From contig JBBDRO010000054.1 of NCBI GenBank assembly GCA_040905425.1, positions 1 to 34,984 on the forward strand: 34,984 nt of DNA, given 5' to 3'. Positions 1 to 9,516 of this stretch are shown piece by piece (position 1 is the first letter of the stretch; every line of letters starts with the position of its first letter). Position numbers and translations under genes: made by a program. The notes beneath the pieces are model-generated. The model was not told where the DNA came from, ran no database searches, and worked only from the letters and a program-made list of their open reading frames with translations. This DNA is from Gemmatimonadota bacterium. GTDB lineage: Bacteria; Gemmatimonadota; Gemmatimonadetes; Longimicrobiales; RSA9.

Positions 1-180
1 CCCCGCCGCCGCCCCGCCCGCAATCCATTCCCCCTTGACCGGCCGCCGCCCCGCCGCTCATTTCAACCAGGGTGGGCGTCCCTCCCCCGCCTTCACGATG
101 AATGCAATTTCGTATGCCGCGCCGGCGCGGCGCCTGGCGCCCGCCGTACGCGGCCTCTCCCCAACGACGGAGCCGTAACG

Positions 181-1935
181 ATGACAGGGTCCCGAATCAC
201 CCGTGGCGCCGGCGCACTTCTGGCCGCCCTTCTGCTCACCGCATGTGGCTCAGGCGCCGAGGATGACCAGGACGCCGCCGACCTGGTGCTGCGCGGCGGC
301 CACGTGGTCACCATGGACGAGGTGCGCCCCGAGGCGGAAGCCGTGGCCATCCGCGGCCACACGATCCTGGCCGTGGGCACGGACGCGGAGATCGACGCAT
401 ACATCGGCAATGACACCGAGGTGATCGAGCTGGACGGCCGCCTGGTCACGCCCGGCTTCATCGAGGGCCACGGGCACTTCATGAGCCTGGGCTCGGCGCG
501 CATGCAGCTGGATCTGACCACCGCGCGCACGTGGAATGACATCGTGGCCATGGTGGCCACCGCGGCCTCGGACGCGCCCCAGGGCGCCTGGATCACGGGG
601 CGCGGCTGGCACCAGGAGAAGTGGGAGACGCCGCCGCCGGGCGCCGTGGAGGGCAACCCGGTGCACACCGAGCTCTCGGCCGCCTCGCCGAACAATCCGG
701 TCATCCTGACGCACGCCAGCGGCCACGCCGCCTTTGCCAACGCCCGGGCCATGGAGCTGGCGGGCATCGACGGCTCCACCGTACCGCCGGCGGGCGGCGA
801 GATCGTCAAGGACGCCGAGGGCAACCCCACGGGCCTGCTGCGCGAGAACGCGGACGAGCTGGTGGGCGCGGCTCGCGCGCGTGACGAATCGGGTCGCACG
901 GCGGAGGACGTGGAGGCGGAGCGCCGGCGCATGGTCGAGCTGGCCGGTGCGGAGGCCCTCTCCAAGGGCATCACCAGCTTCCAGGACGCGGGCAGCAACT
1001 TTGCCACCATCGATTTCCTGAAGGGGCTGGAGGAGGAGGGCGCGCTGCCCATCCGCCTCTACGTCATGGTGCGGCGCGAGAGCAACGCGGACATGGACGC
1101 CCACCTGCCCGACTACTTCATGCCCATCGAGGGCAATGACTTCCTCACGGTGCGCTCCATCAAGCGCCAGATCGACGGTGCGCTGGGCTCGCACGGCGCC
1201 TGGCTGCTGGAGCCCTACATCGACATGCCCACCAGCACCGGCCTCACGCTGGAGGATCCCGAGGACATCCGCGGCACCACCGAGGTGGCCATCAAGCACG
1301 GCTTCCAGGTGAACACGCACGCCATCGGGGACCGGGCCAACCGCGAGGTGCTGGACATGTACGAGGAGGTCTTCGCGGCAAACCCCGACAGGACCGACCT
1401 GCGCTGGCGCATCGAGCACGCGCAGCACATGCATCCCGATGACGTGCAGCGCTTCGCTGACCTGGGCGTGATCGCCGCCATGCAGGGCATCCACGCCACC
1501 TCGGACGGGCCGTGGGTGTTCCGCCGGCTGGGCGCCGAGCGCGCGGAGAACGGCGCCTACCTGTGGCGCTCGCTGCTGGACGCCGGCGTGGTCATTGCCA
1601 ACGGCACCGACGTCCCGGTGGAGGACATCGATCCGATCGCCAGCTTCTACGCGTCGGTCTCACGCCGCCAGGCGGACGGGGAGGTCTTCTTCGCGGACCA
1701 GCGCATGACGCGCGAGGAGGCGCTCCGCTCCTACACCGTGGCCAACGCGTACGCAGCCTTCGAGGAGGAGCACAAGGGCAAGCTCGCGCCCGGCATGCTG
1801 GCGGACGTGGTGGTGCTGTCGAAGGACATCATGACCATCCCCGAGGAGGAGATCCCCGAGGCGCGGGTGGACCTCACCATCCTGGGCGGCAACGTGGTCT
1901 ACCAGCGTGAGCAAGCGACGGCTGCCAACCGCTGA
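181..1935 (+). CDS. Amidohydrolase family 3 (YtcJ-like) metal-dependent hydrolase, predicted lipoprotein
   Basis: Lipobox LLTAC; PGFIEGHGH metal motif; HASGH, THAIGDRAN, RIEHAQ, NGTDVP and KGKLAPGMLADVVVL motifs typical of YtcJ-like enzymes; GGAG RBS upstream. Confidence 0.92.
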   Translation: MTGSRITRGAGALLAALLLTACGSGAEDDQDAADLVLRGGHVVTMDEVRPEAEAVAIRGHTILAVGTDAEIDAYIGNDTEVIELDGRLVTPGFIEGHGHFMSLGSARMQLDLTTARTWNDIVAMVATAASDAPQGAWITGRGWHQEKWETPPPGAVEGNPVHTELSAASPNNPVILTHASGHAAFANARAMELAGIDGSTVPPAGGEIVKDAEGNPTGLLRENADELVGAARARDESGRTAEDVEAERRRMVELAGAEALSKGITSFQDAGSNFATIDFLKGLEEEGALPIRLYVMVRRESNADMDAHLPDYFMPIEGNDFLTVRSIKRQIDGALGSHGAWLLEPYIDMPTSTGLTLEDPEDIRGTTEVAIKHGFQVNTHAIGDRANREVLDMYEEVFAANPDRTDLRWRIEHAQHMHPDDVQRFADLGVIAAMQGIHATSDGPWVFRRLGAERAENGAYLWRSLLDAGVVIANGTDVPVEDIDPIASFYASVSRRQADGEVFFADQRMTREEALRSYTVANAYAAFEEEHKGKLAPGMLADVVVLSKDIMTIPEEEIPEARVDLTILGGNVVYQREQATAANR

Positions 1936-1981
1936 GCGCGACTCGCGCCGCACCCTGCCGGCGGCGCGGACGTCCCGGTGG

Positions 1982-2025
1982 AAAAGCGCGAGGGGCCCCG
2001 GAGATCAGTCCGGGGCCCCTCACGC
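1982..2025 (-). terminator. Intrinsic terminator between convergent genes
   Basis: 13-bp perfect stem GAGGGGCCCCGGA / TCCGGGGCCCCTC (1990-2021) with a 6-nt loop, followed by TTTT on the minus strand. Confidence 0.75.
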
Positions 2026-2079
2026 GTGCGGGCAGCCGATCCGGCGCGGCGGGTGCCGCGCCGCCAGGTACGTGCCGGC

Positions 2080-2319
2080 TCAGTTCAGTCCGCAGGCGCC
2101 CCCGCCGCAGCAGCCGCCCATGCCCATTCCCCCGGCCGGGGTGGCGCAGGCGTCCGCGCCCGCGCCGCCACCCGCGCCCACGGCCGCCGCGGACATGCGC
2201 AGCGCCAGGCGCTCCTCCCCGCACGTGGGACAGACGGCCGGGGCCAGACGGTCCTGGCTGCGGCGCAGCAGTTCGAAGTCGGCGCCGCAGGCGCGGCAGG
2301 CGTATTCGTAGATGGGCAT
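2080..2319 (-). CDS. FmdB-family zinc-ribbon protein with Gly/Cys-rich tail
   Basis: MPIYEYACRACG...FE...CPTCG signature; tail GGCCGGGACGLN; GGAGA RBS before the ATG at 2319. Confidence 0.9.
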   Translation of the reverse strand: MPIYEYACRACGADFELLRRSQDRLAPAVCPTCGEERLALRMSAAAVGAGGGAGADACATPAGGMGMGGCCGGGACGLN

Positions 2320-2385
2320 GGCGGCTTCTCCGTGCGGGTGCGGGCGCCGCGGGATGCCGCATGCGCGGCCACGCGGTCGGTGCGA

Positions 2386-2421
2386 ACTGCATAACGATAC
2401 AGTGATACAGCGGGCGGTCAA
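2386..2421 (-). promoter_or_regulatory. Sigma70-type promoter of the fmdB-like gene with overlapping palindromic operator (copy 1)
   Basis: Minus strand TTGACC-16 bp-TATCGT; the palindrome ACTGTAT-CGTT-ATGCAGT (2386-2403) covers the -10 box. Confidence 0.7.
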
Positions 2422-2464
2422 GACCCCTCGCAGAACGCGCCGCCCTCCCGCTACCTTCCCCCCC

Positions 2465-3073
2465 ATGCAACCTCGCACCGCCCGCGGCCGCGCCACGCGC
2501 GAGCGCATGGTGGCCGCCGCCGCCGAGCTCATGCACCTGCATGGCGTGGCCGCCACCAGCGTGGAGCACATCCTGACCGCCTCCGGCACCGGCAAGAGTC
2601 AGTTCTACCACTACTTCGCGGACAAGGAAGCGCTGGTGCGGGCCGTCCTGCGCCACGTGGTGGAGCGCTCGTTGCGCGACGAGGTGGAGGTGCTGGCGCG
2701 CCTGGACCGCTGGTCCGGCATCGCCGCCTGGCTGGACCTGGTGGCCACCCGCCACGAGGCACGCGGCCTCTCCGGCGGCGACCCGCTGGGCTCGCTGGCC
2801 GCCGAGCTGGCCGACGGCAGCCAGGCCGTGCGGGACGATCTGGCGGAGGCCTTCCGCATCAAGCAGCGCTTCCTGCGCAAGGGGCTGGCGGTCATGAAGG
2901 AGCGTGGCGAGCTGCGCCCCGACGCCGACCCGGACGCCCTCGCGGCGTTCGCCACCGCCAGCGTCCAGGGCGCGCTGCTGCTGGCCACCATCCGGCGCGA
3001 CGGCGCGGTCCTGCGCACGGTGCTGGACCACGTGCTGGATCACCTGCGCGCGCAGGCGGCGGACGCCCCATGA
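2465..3073 (+). CDS. TetR/AcrR-family transcriptional regulator (NemR/LmrA-like C-terminus)
   Basis: TRERMVAAAAELMHLHGVAATSVEHILTASGTGKSQFYHYFADKEALV HTH; ATG at 2465; stop overlaps the next start (ATGA). Confidence 0.93.
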   Translation: MQPRTARGRATRERMVAAAAELMHLHGVAATSVEHILTASGTGKSQFYHYFADKEALVRAVLRHVVERSLRDEVEVLARLDRWSGIAAWLDLVATRHEARGLSGGDPLGSLAAELADGSQAVRDDLAEAFRIKQRFLRKGLAVMKERGELRPDADPDALAAFATASVQGALLLATIRRDGAVLRTVLDHVLDHLRAQAADAP

Positions 3074-4392
3074 GCGGCGCCCTGACGCACACCGCGGACG
3101 TGGTGGTCGTGGGCTCCGGGCCGGGCGGCGCGGCCGTGGCCCGGCGGCTGGCGCGCGGCGGCCGGAGCGTGCTCGTCCTGGAGCGGGGGCGGGACTGGCG
3201 CGGTCATCCCCTCTACGGCACCTACCCCGGCGCCCTCCTCTACGCCGACCGGCGCGCGCTGCTCTTCACCGACGAGGGGCTGAACGTGGTGCGGCCGCTC
3301 ATGGTGGGTGGCGCCACCAGCATGTACTGCGGCTGCTCGGCACCGCCGCCCGCCTGGCTGGCCGGGCGGTGGGGCGTGGATCTCGGCGCCCATGCGGCGC
3401 GCATCGCCGCGGAGCTGGAGGTGGCGCCGCTGGCGCCCGAACTGCGCGGCGCCGCCTCCACCCGGCTGGCGGAGGCGGGGCGCGCGCTGGGCATGCCGTG
3501 GGAGCCGCAGGACAAATTCATGCGCCCCGCGCGCGCCGAGCGCTTCAGGTGCGGCGCGCACTGCATGCTCGGCTGCCGGTGCGGGGCCAAGTGGAACGCG
3601 GCGGAGTGGGTGGATGACGCGCGTGCGGTGGGGGCGGTGCTCTGGACGCGCGCCCACGTGCAGCGCGTGGTCATCCAGGACGGCGTGGCGCGCGGTGTAG
3701 TGGGCCGGCGCGCCGGGCGGCCCTTCCGGGTGCACGCCGAGCAGGTGGTGGTGGCGGCGGGGGGGATCGGCAGCGCGCTCCTGCTGCGCCGCTCCGGCTT
3801 CGAGGAGGCCGGGCGGGGCATGGCCATGGACACCACGCTGATGGTCTACGGGGACAGCCCCGCGGATGGCATGGGCGGGGACCCGCCCATGACCTGGAGC
3901 GCCCCCGATGATGACCTGGGCGTGCTCTACTCCACGCTCATCGATCCCTGGCTCATGTACCCCATCATGCTGGCGCTGAAGCGGCCGACGGCCGCGCTGG
4001 GCTGGCACCGCTGGGGTCGCACGCTGGGGGTGATGATCAAGGTGCGCGACGAGGTGAGCGGGGAGGTGCGCCCTGACGGCGGCCTGGCCAAGGGCCTCAC
4101 CCGCGGCGAGAGAGCGCGTCTGGAGGCGGCCGAGGAGCAGGCGCGCCGCATCCTGCTGGAGGCGGGCTGCCGCAAGGACACCCTGATCAACACGCCGCTG
4201 CGCGGCACCCATCCCTCGGCCACGGCGCGCCTCGGCACCCTGGTGGATACGGACCTGGCCACACCGGTGCCCGGGCTGCACGTGTGTGACGCCAGCGTCT
4301 TCCCCGAGGCGCTCGGCCGTCCCACCGTGCTCACCATCCTGGCGCTGGGGGAGCGCCTGGCCGAGCGGCTCCTGCGCGGCCGCTCGGGCTAG
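3070..4392 (+). CDS. GMC-family FAD oxidoreductase
   Basis: DVVVVGSGPGG Rossmann motif, LERG, VGGATSMY, VVVAAGGIGSA, HPSATARLG and LHVCDASVFP...PTVLTI GMC motifs. Confidence 0.88.
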   Translation: MSGALTHTADVVVVGSGPGGAAVARRLARGGRSVLVLERGRDWRGHPLYGTYPGALLYADRRALLFTDEGLNVVRPLMVGGATSMYCGCSAPPPAWLAGRWGVDLGAHAARIAAELEVAPLAPELRGAASTRLAEAGRALGMPWEPQDKFMRPARAERFRCGAHCMLGCRCGAKWNAAEWVDDARAVGAVLWTRAHVQRVVIQDGVARGVVGRRAGRPFRVHAEQVVVAAGGIGSALLLRRSGFEEAGRGMAMDTTLMVYGDSPADGMGGDPPMTWSAPDDDLGVLYSTLIDPWLMYPIMLALKRPTAALGWHRWGRTLGVMIKVRDEVSGEVRPDGGLAKGLTRGERARLEAAEEQARRILLEAGCRKDTLINTPLRGTHPSATARLGTLVDTDLATPVPGLHVCDASVFPEALGRPTVLTILALGERLAERLLRGRSG

Positions 4393-5117
4393 AGTCCCAC
4401 CACGAAGCCGGCGCCGAAGAACCAGTGGCTGAAGTCCGCCTTGGTGGCGGGGAAGATCTCACTGGGGAACAGCGCGCTCCTCAGGTAGGGGCCATACTCC
4501 ACCTCCCCTACCAGGCGGCGCTGCGCACGCGCCTCGAAGCGCACGGCCCCGCGGATGGGCAGCGACAGGCTCCCCTCGTAGACCGGCCCCCATACGGACT
4601 CGGTGAAGTCCTCCGAGAGCCGGGCGTAATCCTCCCGGGTCACGCGCGCGGTGTAGCGCGCCGGCCCGGCGGCCACCCGCACGATGTCCCGGGCGGAGAA
4701 CCACACCATGGGCGCCATGATGTCCGCCTCGTAGCGGAGCCGCAGATAGGCACCGTCCGGGTCATAACCGTGGGTACGGCCGATCTCCGTCTTGCCGCCC
4801 AGCACGCCCACGCCGGCCCACGGCGTCACCGCGAAACGAAACTCCAGCAGGAACGGGTAGCCCGAGGCGCCGAAGCCCGTCTCCGTCATCTCACCGGGGC
4901 ACGGGTACTCGATGCATCTGGAATTGTAGACGTACTCCAGGCTCTGAAAATCGGCGTGGATGTCCTCCGCCGGCCCCCGGTCCGTGGTGCCCGCGATGGC
5001 CGTGAAGGTCCAGCGGCTGGACTCCTGCGCCTGGGCGGGACCGGCCACGGCGGCCGCCAGGAGGAGGAAACCGCCCACGAGTGGCACGGTCGCACGCATA
5101 CGGGGCAGGGACATCAT
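4389..5117 (-). CDS. Hypothetical exported protein, possible outer-membrane beta-barrel
   Basis: Signal peptide ending AQA-Q; alternating aromatic/hydrophobic strands; C-terminus WFFGAGFVVGL. Confidence 0.65.
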   Translation of the reverse strand: MMSLPRMRATVPLVGGFLLLAAAVAGPAQAQESSRWTFTAIAGTTDRGPAEDIHADFQSLEYVYNSRCIEYPCPGEMTETGFGASGYPFLLEFRFAVTPWAGVGVLGGKTEIGRTHGYDPDGAYLRLRYEADIMAPMVWFSARDIVRVAAGPARYTARVTREDYARLSEDFTESVWGPVYEGSLSLPIRGAVRFEARAQRRLVGEVEYGPYLRSALFPSEIFPATKADFSHWFFGAGFVVGL

Positions 5118-5215
5118 CTGCTGTTCTCCACGAGATCGAGTGCGGGCGGGCCTGCCTCGGCTCCCCCCGGGCTGCTTGTTGACGTGCGGCGACCGGCAAA
5201 CGTTGGCGCCACCGA

Positions 5216-6676
<1,461 letters not shown>

Positions 6677-6778
6677 GCTATGCCTCTCGTGTGGAGTGTG
6701 CGTCATGCTTCAGTGGTAAGCGACGACGGGGCTCCGCCCCGCGCCGCGCTTCATGTTTCGTTTCCCGGCCCGGCGCGC

Positions 6779-7768
6779 TCAGTCCGGCCGCCGGCGCAGG
6801 GCGGGGTCCACCGGTACGGGCGCGGGCCGCCGCGCCGAGGCGGCGAACAGCACCGGGCCGCGGGCGGCCGGATCGGGCGGCAACGGTGTCCAGCGGGGCT
6901 GCTCGAAGCCGGCCTCCTCCAGCCACTCGCCGATCTGCTCCCGGCTGAAGCCCTGCCAGAGATGGCCCATGCCCTCGCGCAGGTCCTCCCGGCCGTGCCG
7001 GATCATGTCCACCACCAGGAGACGGCCGCCGGGACGCAGCACGCGGGCCGCCTCCGCCAGGGCGGTGGCCGGATCGGGCAGGTAGTGCAGCACCAGAAAG
7101 ACCAGCGCGGCGTCCAGCTCACCGTCCGCCACGGGGAGCGCCTCCAGTTCCCCCAGCCGCAGCTCCACGTTGGCGGCGTCCGCCAGCCGGGTCTCCGCCG
7201 CGCCCAGCATCTCCACGCTCCGGTCCACGCCCACCACCCGGCCCACGAAGGGGGCCAGCAGCTCGGCCAGGCGGCCGGTGCCGCAGCCCAGGTCACCCAC
7301 CGTCCAGGCGGCGTCGAGCAGGGCGGGCAGCGCCGCCAGTTCGGGGCCGCCGCCGAAAAGCTCGGCGCGCAGCGCGTCCCAGCGCCCCGCGGCGGTGGCA
7401 AAGAAATCCCGCGACGTGGTGCGGCGGCGGGCCACGATGGCCCGGGCGCGCCGCCCGTCCTGGGACGCCTCCGGCTGCTCGGCCAGCTCCGTCCGGAGCG
7501 CCTCCCAGATGACCCGCGCCGCGCCCTCGAGCCCGGGCTCCAGGCGATAGAAGCGGCTCGTGCCTTCCGCGCGGGAGGCCACCCAGCCCTCCTCGGCCAA
7601 CGTGCGCAGGTGCCGGCTGACCGTGGACTGCGGCAGCTGCACCGCGGCGCACAGCTCCGAGACGGCCAGTTCATGGGCGTCCAGGAGCAGGAGGAGGCGC
7701 GCCCGCGTGGGGTCCGCCAGACCGGTGAGGCGCTCCACGAGGGAAGCGCCAGGCATCATTTCATTCAT
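6779..7768 (-). CDS. sahR: ArsR HTH fused to a SAM-dependent methyltransferase-like domain (SahR/SamR-type regulator)
   Basis: LADPTRARLL...ELAVSELC...QSTVSRHLRTL ArsR HTH, then FF...AGRWD..R, DLGCGTG, GVDRS, LVLHY, ARVLRPGG; directly upstream of ahcY in the same orientation. Confidence 0.88.
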   Translation of the reverse strand: MNEMMPGASLVERLTGLADPTRARLLLLLDAHELAVSELCAAVQLPQSTVSRHLRTLAEEGWVASRAEGTSRFYRLEPGLEGAARVIWEALRTELAEQPEASQDGRRARAIVARRRTTSRDFFATAAGRWDALRAELFGGGPELAALPALLDAAWTVGDLGCGTGRLAELLAPFVGRVVGVDRSVEMLGAAETRLADAANVELRLGELEALPVADGELDAALVFLVLHYLPDPATALAEAARVLRPGGRLLVVDMIRHGREDLREGMGHLWQGFSREQIGEWLEEAGFEQPRWTPLPPDPAARGPVLFAASARRPAPVPVDPALRRRPD

Positions 7769-7810
7769 ATATCCGGATGAAAGGATACAAGCTCGGGGCG
7801 GTCCTGTAAA
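7759..7810 (-). promoter_or_regulatory. sahR promoter with putative autoregulatory palindrome
   Basis: Minus strand TTTACA-17 bp-TATCCT (7810-7782); imperfect 24-bp palindrome TTTCATTCATATATCCGGATGAAA (7759-7782) spans the predicted TSS and start codon. Confidence 0.65.
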
Positions 7811-7867
7811 GCGCCTGTCAGCGGCCCCGACGGTCCGCCCCCTGGATAACCCCGGTGGCGCGCCCCC

Positions 7868-7910
7868 TGGACAACCACCGTACGATACTATATAATTATG
7901 CAGTAATGTA
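7868..7910 (+). promoter_or_regulatory. Sigma70-type promoter of osmC-1 with palindromic operator (copy 2)
   Basis: TGGACA-17 bp-TATAAT (7868-7896); imperfect 30-bp palindrome TACGATACTATATAATTATGCAGTAATGTA (7881-7910). Confidence 0.75.
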
Positions 7911-7937
7911 ATGAAGCCTACATCAGGGAGGAAGCTC

Positions 7938-8378
7938 ATGGCCGGAGAGAACACGCGCGGCGCGCACCGCCCCATCGTGGTGACCCACGAGGGCGGCGTC
8001 CGCTTCGCCGCCGACGTGCGCGGGCACGTGGTGATGACCGATCAGCCGGCGCAGGGCGGTGGCCAGGACAGCGCGCCGATGCCGCTCGAGATGATGGGCG
8101 TGGCGCTGGCCAGTTGCGTGGCGCTCTACGTACAGAAGTTCTGCGAGGTGCGGGGCATTGCCCACGCCGGCATGCGCGTGGAACTGGACACCTTCGGCGC
8201 CAGGGATCCCAACCGGGTGGGCGCCTACGAGTTGCGCGTGGTGCTGCCGGAGGCGGTCCCGGAGCGGTACCGGGACGCCATCGACCGGGTGGCGCGGAGT
8301 TGCGCCGTGCACAACACCCTGACGCACCCGCCGCAGGTGAGCGTGGACGTCACCGCGGAGGAGGCGGTCGGCGTGTAG
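7938..8378 (+). CDS. OsmC/Ohr/YhfA-family protein
   Basis: GHVVMTDQP..GG.DSAP.PLE...ALASC and second Cys in ARSCAVHNTL; GGAGG RBS. Confidence 0.9.
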   Translation: MAGENTRGAHRPIVVTHEGGVRFAADVRGHVVMTDQPAQGGGQDSAPMPLEMMGVALASCVALYVQKFCEVRGIAHAGMRVELDTFGARDPNRVGAYELRVVLPEAVPERYRDAIDRVARSCAVHNTLTHPPQVSVDVTAEEAVGV

Positions 8379-8450
8379 GCGGTAGGCGTGTAGACGGTCC
8401 GCGTGTAGACGGTCCGCGTGTAGACGGTCCGCGTGTAGGCGGCCGGCGTG
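8371..8450 (+). repeat. 15-bp tandem repeat, about 5.3 copies (GCGTGTAGACGGTCC)
   Basis: Units start at 8371, 8386, 8401, 8416, 8431 and 8446 (partial); the three central units are identical. Confidence 0.95.
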
Positions 8451-8504
8451 GCGGAGGCCGGGTGCGGGTGCCCGCATCGGTACCCGCCGCCGGCCGGGCG
8501 CGCC

Positions 8505-9206
8505 TCAGTCCGCTCCGGGCAGTCGCACCCGCACGGAGAAGGCGCCGCGCAGGTCACCGTCGGCGTGTCCCGTGGCCTGGTCGTCCGGGTAGCGCTCCGC
8601 CAGCACGGCGCGCACCGCGGGATCCAGGCTGTCCGCGGGGCCATGGCACTGCAGGCACATCGGCACCGCCCGGATGGGCCGTAGCATCCGCAACCAGCGG
8701 CCATCCGGCCCGTCCTCGACACGCAGCACCTCGGCTGGCTCGCCGCCTTGCGCCAGGGTGGCGGTCATGCCTTCGAGGGCGGTGCGCTCGAAGGTGTCCG
8801 GAGCGTCCCGGGGCGTGCGCCAACGCAGGCTGACGCGTCGTACGGTGCGCTCGGGGCGCTGCAGCTCGGCCGTGAAGACGGGGGCGGAGTCGGCGCACAC
8901 GCGCACGGCGCCCGCGGCGTCGTCCTCCTGTAGCGCCGCGCGCAGACGCGTCATGAGGCGGCTGCCCAGGCTGTCGGCCGTGCTCCGGGCCTCCTCCACG
9001 GCCCTCACCGGAACCGGCACCGAGTCGCCGGCCGGGCCGCGCTCCGACCCGGCCAGCGCCACGGCAACGGTGGCCTCCGGCGCGGGTGGGCCGCACGCCA
9101 GCAGCAGGGCGGCGGTGAGCAGCAGGAAGGGAGTGGCGCTGGCGGGTATGACATCCGCCGGGTGCCACCGGGATCGTTGGCCGGGACGGCCGGGCATTGG
9201 TTGCAT
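8505..9206 (-). CDS. DUF3365/Tll0287-like heme c lipoprotein
   Basis: Lipobox LLLAC; AVRVC, RRVSLRWR.P..APD.FE, CLQCHG heme motif and YPDDQATG...GDLRGAFSV tail; GAGG RBS before ATG 9206. Confidence 0.85.
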   Translation of the reverse strand: MQPMPGRPGQRSRWHPADVIPASATPFLLLTAALLLACGPPAPEATVAVALAGSERGPAGDSVPVPVRAVEEARSTADSLGSRLMTRLRAALQEDDAAGAVRVCADSAPVFTAELQRPERTVRRVSLRWRTPRDAPDTFERTALEGMTATLAQGGEPAEVLRVEDGPDGRWLRMLRPIRAVPMCLQCHGPADSLDPAVRAVLAERYPDDQATGHADGDLRGAFSVRVRLPGAD

Positions 9207-9265
9207 GCTGACCTCGCGTTGTGGTCCGCCTGATCGTAGCGCGTGCCCGGGGCCCGGGCCATAAC

Positions 9266-9290
9266 GGAACTCTGCTCGCCGCGAGGCGTA
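9266..9290 (+). promoter_or_regulatory. Possible ECF-sigma promoter upstream of htrA
   Basis: GGAAC-N16-CGTA, about 230 bp upstream of htrA; resembles ECF -35/-10 elements. Confidence 0.35.
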
Positions 9291-9516
9291 GGACATGCGG
9301 CACGGGCCCCGGCACCGGTGGCGGGCAACCGCCGCCCGGATATCGGGGTCGAAAGAGTGAGGAAGAGCGGAGGGCGCCTACGCCTTCCGGCAGGACGCGG
9401 CCGACGGTCCGGCCCTTCAACAGACACATGCCGGCGCGGCCCCCGCCGCGCCGCCGAGCAACTCGTTCAGAGAGCGGCCCTCGCGGGCCGTCGTAACCAT
9501 GTACAGGAGGTTTGAC

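Noticed and set aside
6677..6778. SAH/SAM riboswitch before ahcY
   Set aside because: No recognisable aptamer motif in this short spacer, and the adjacent SahR-type protein explains regulation.
8371..8450. CRISPR array or pyrrolysine/amber recoding
   Set aside because: The units are 15 bp, contiguous and spacer-free, with no cas genes. TAG acts as a normal stop for other genes here (e.g. 4392, 14039).
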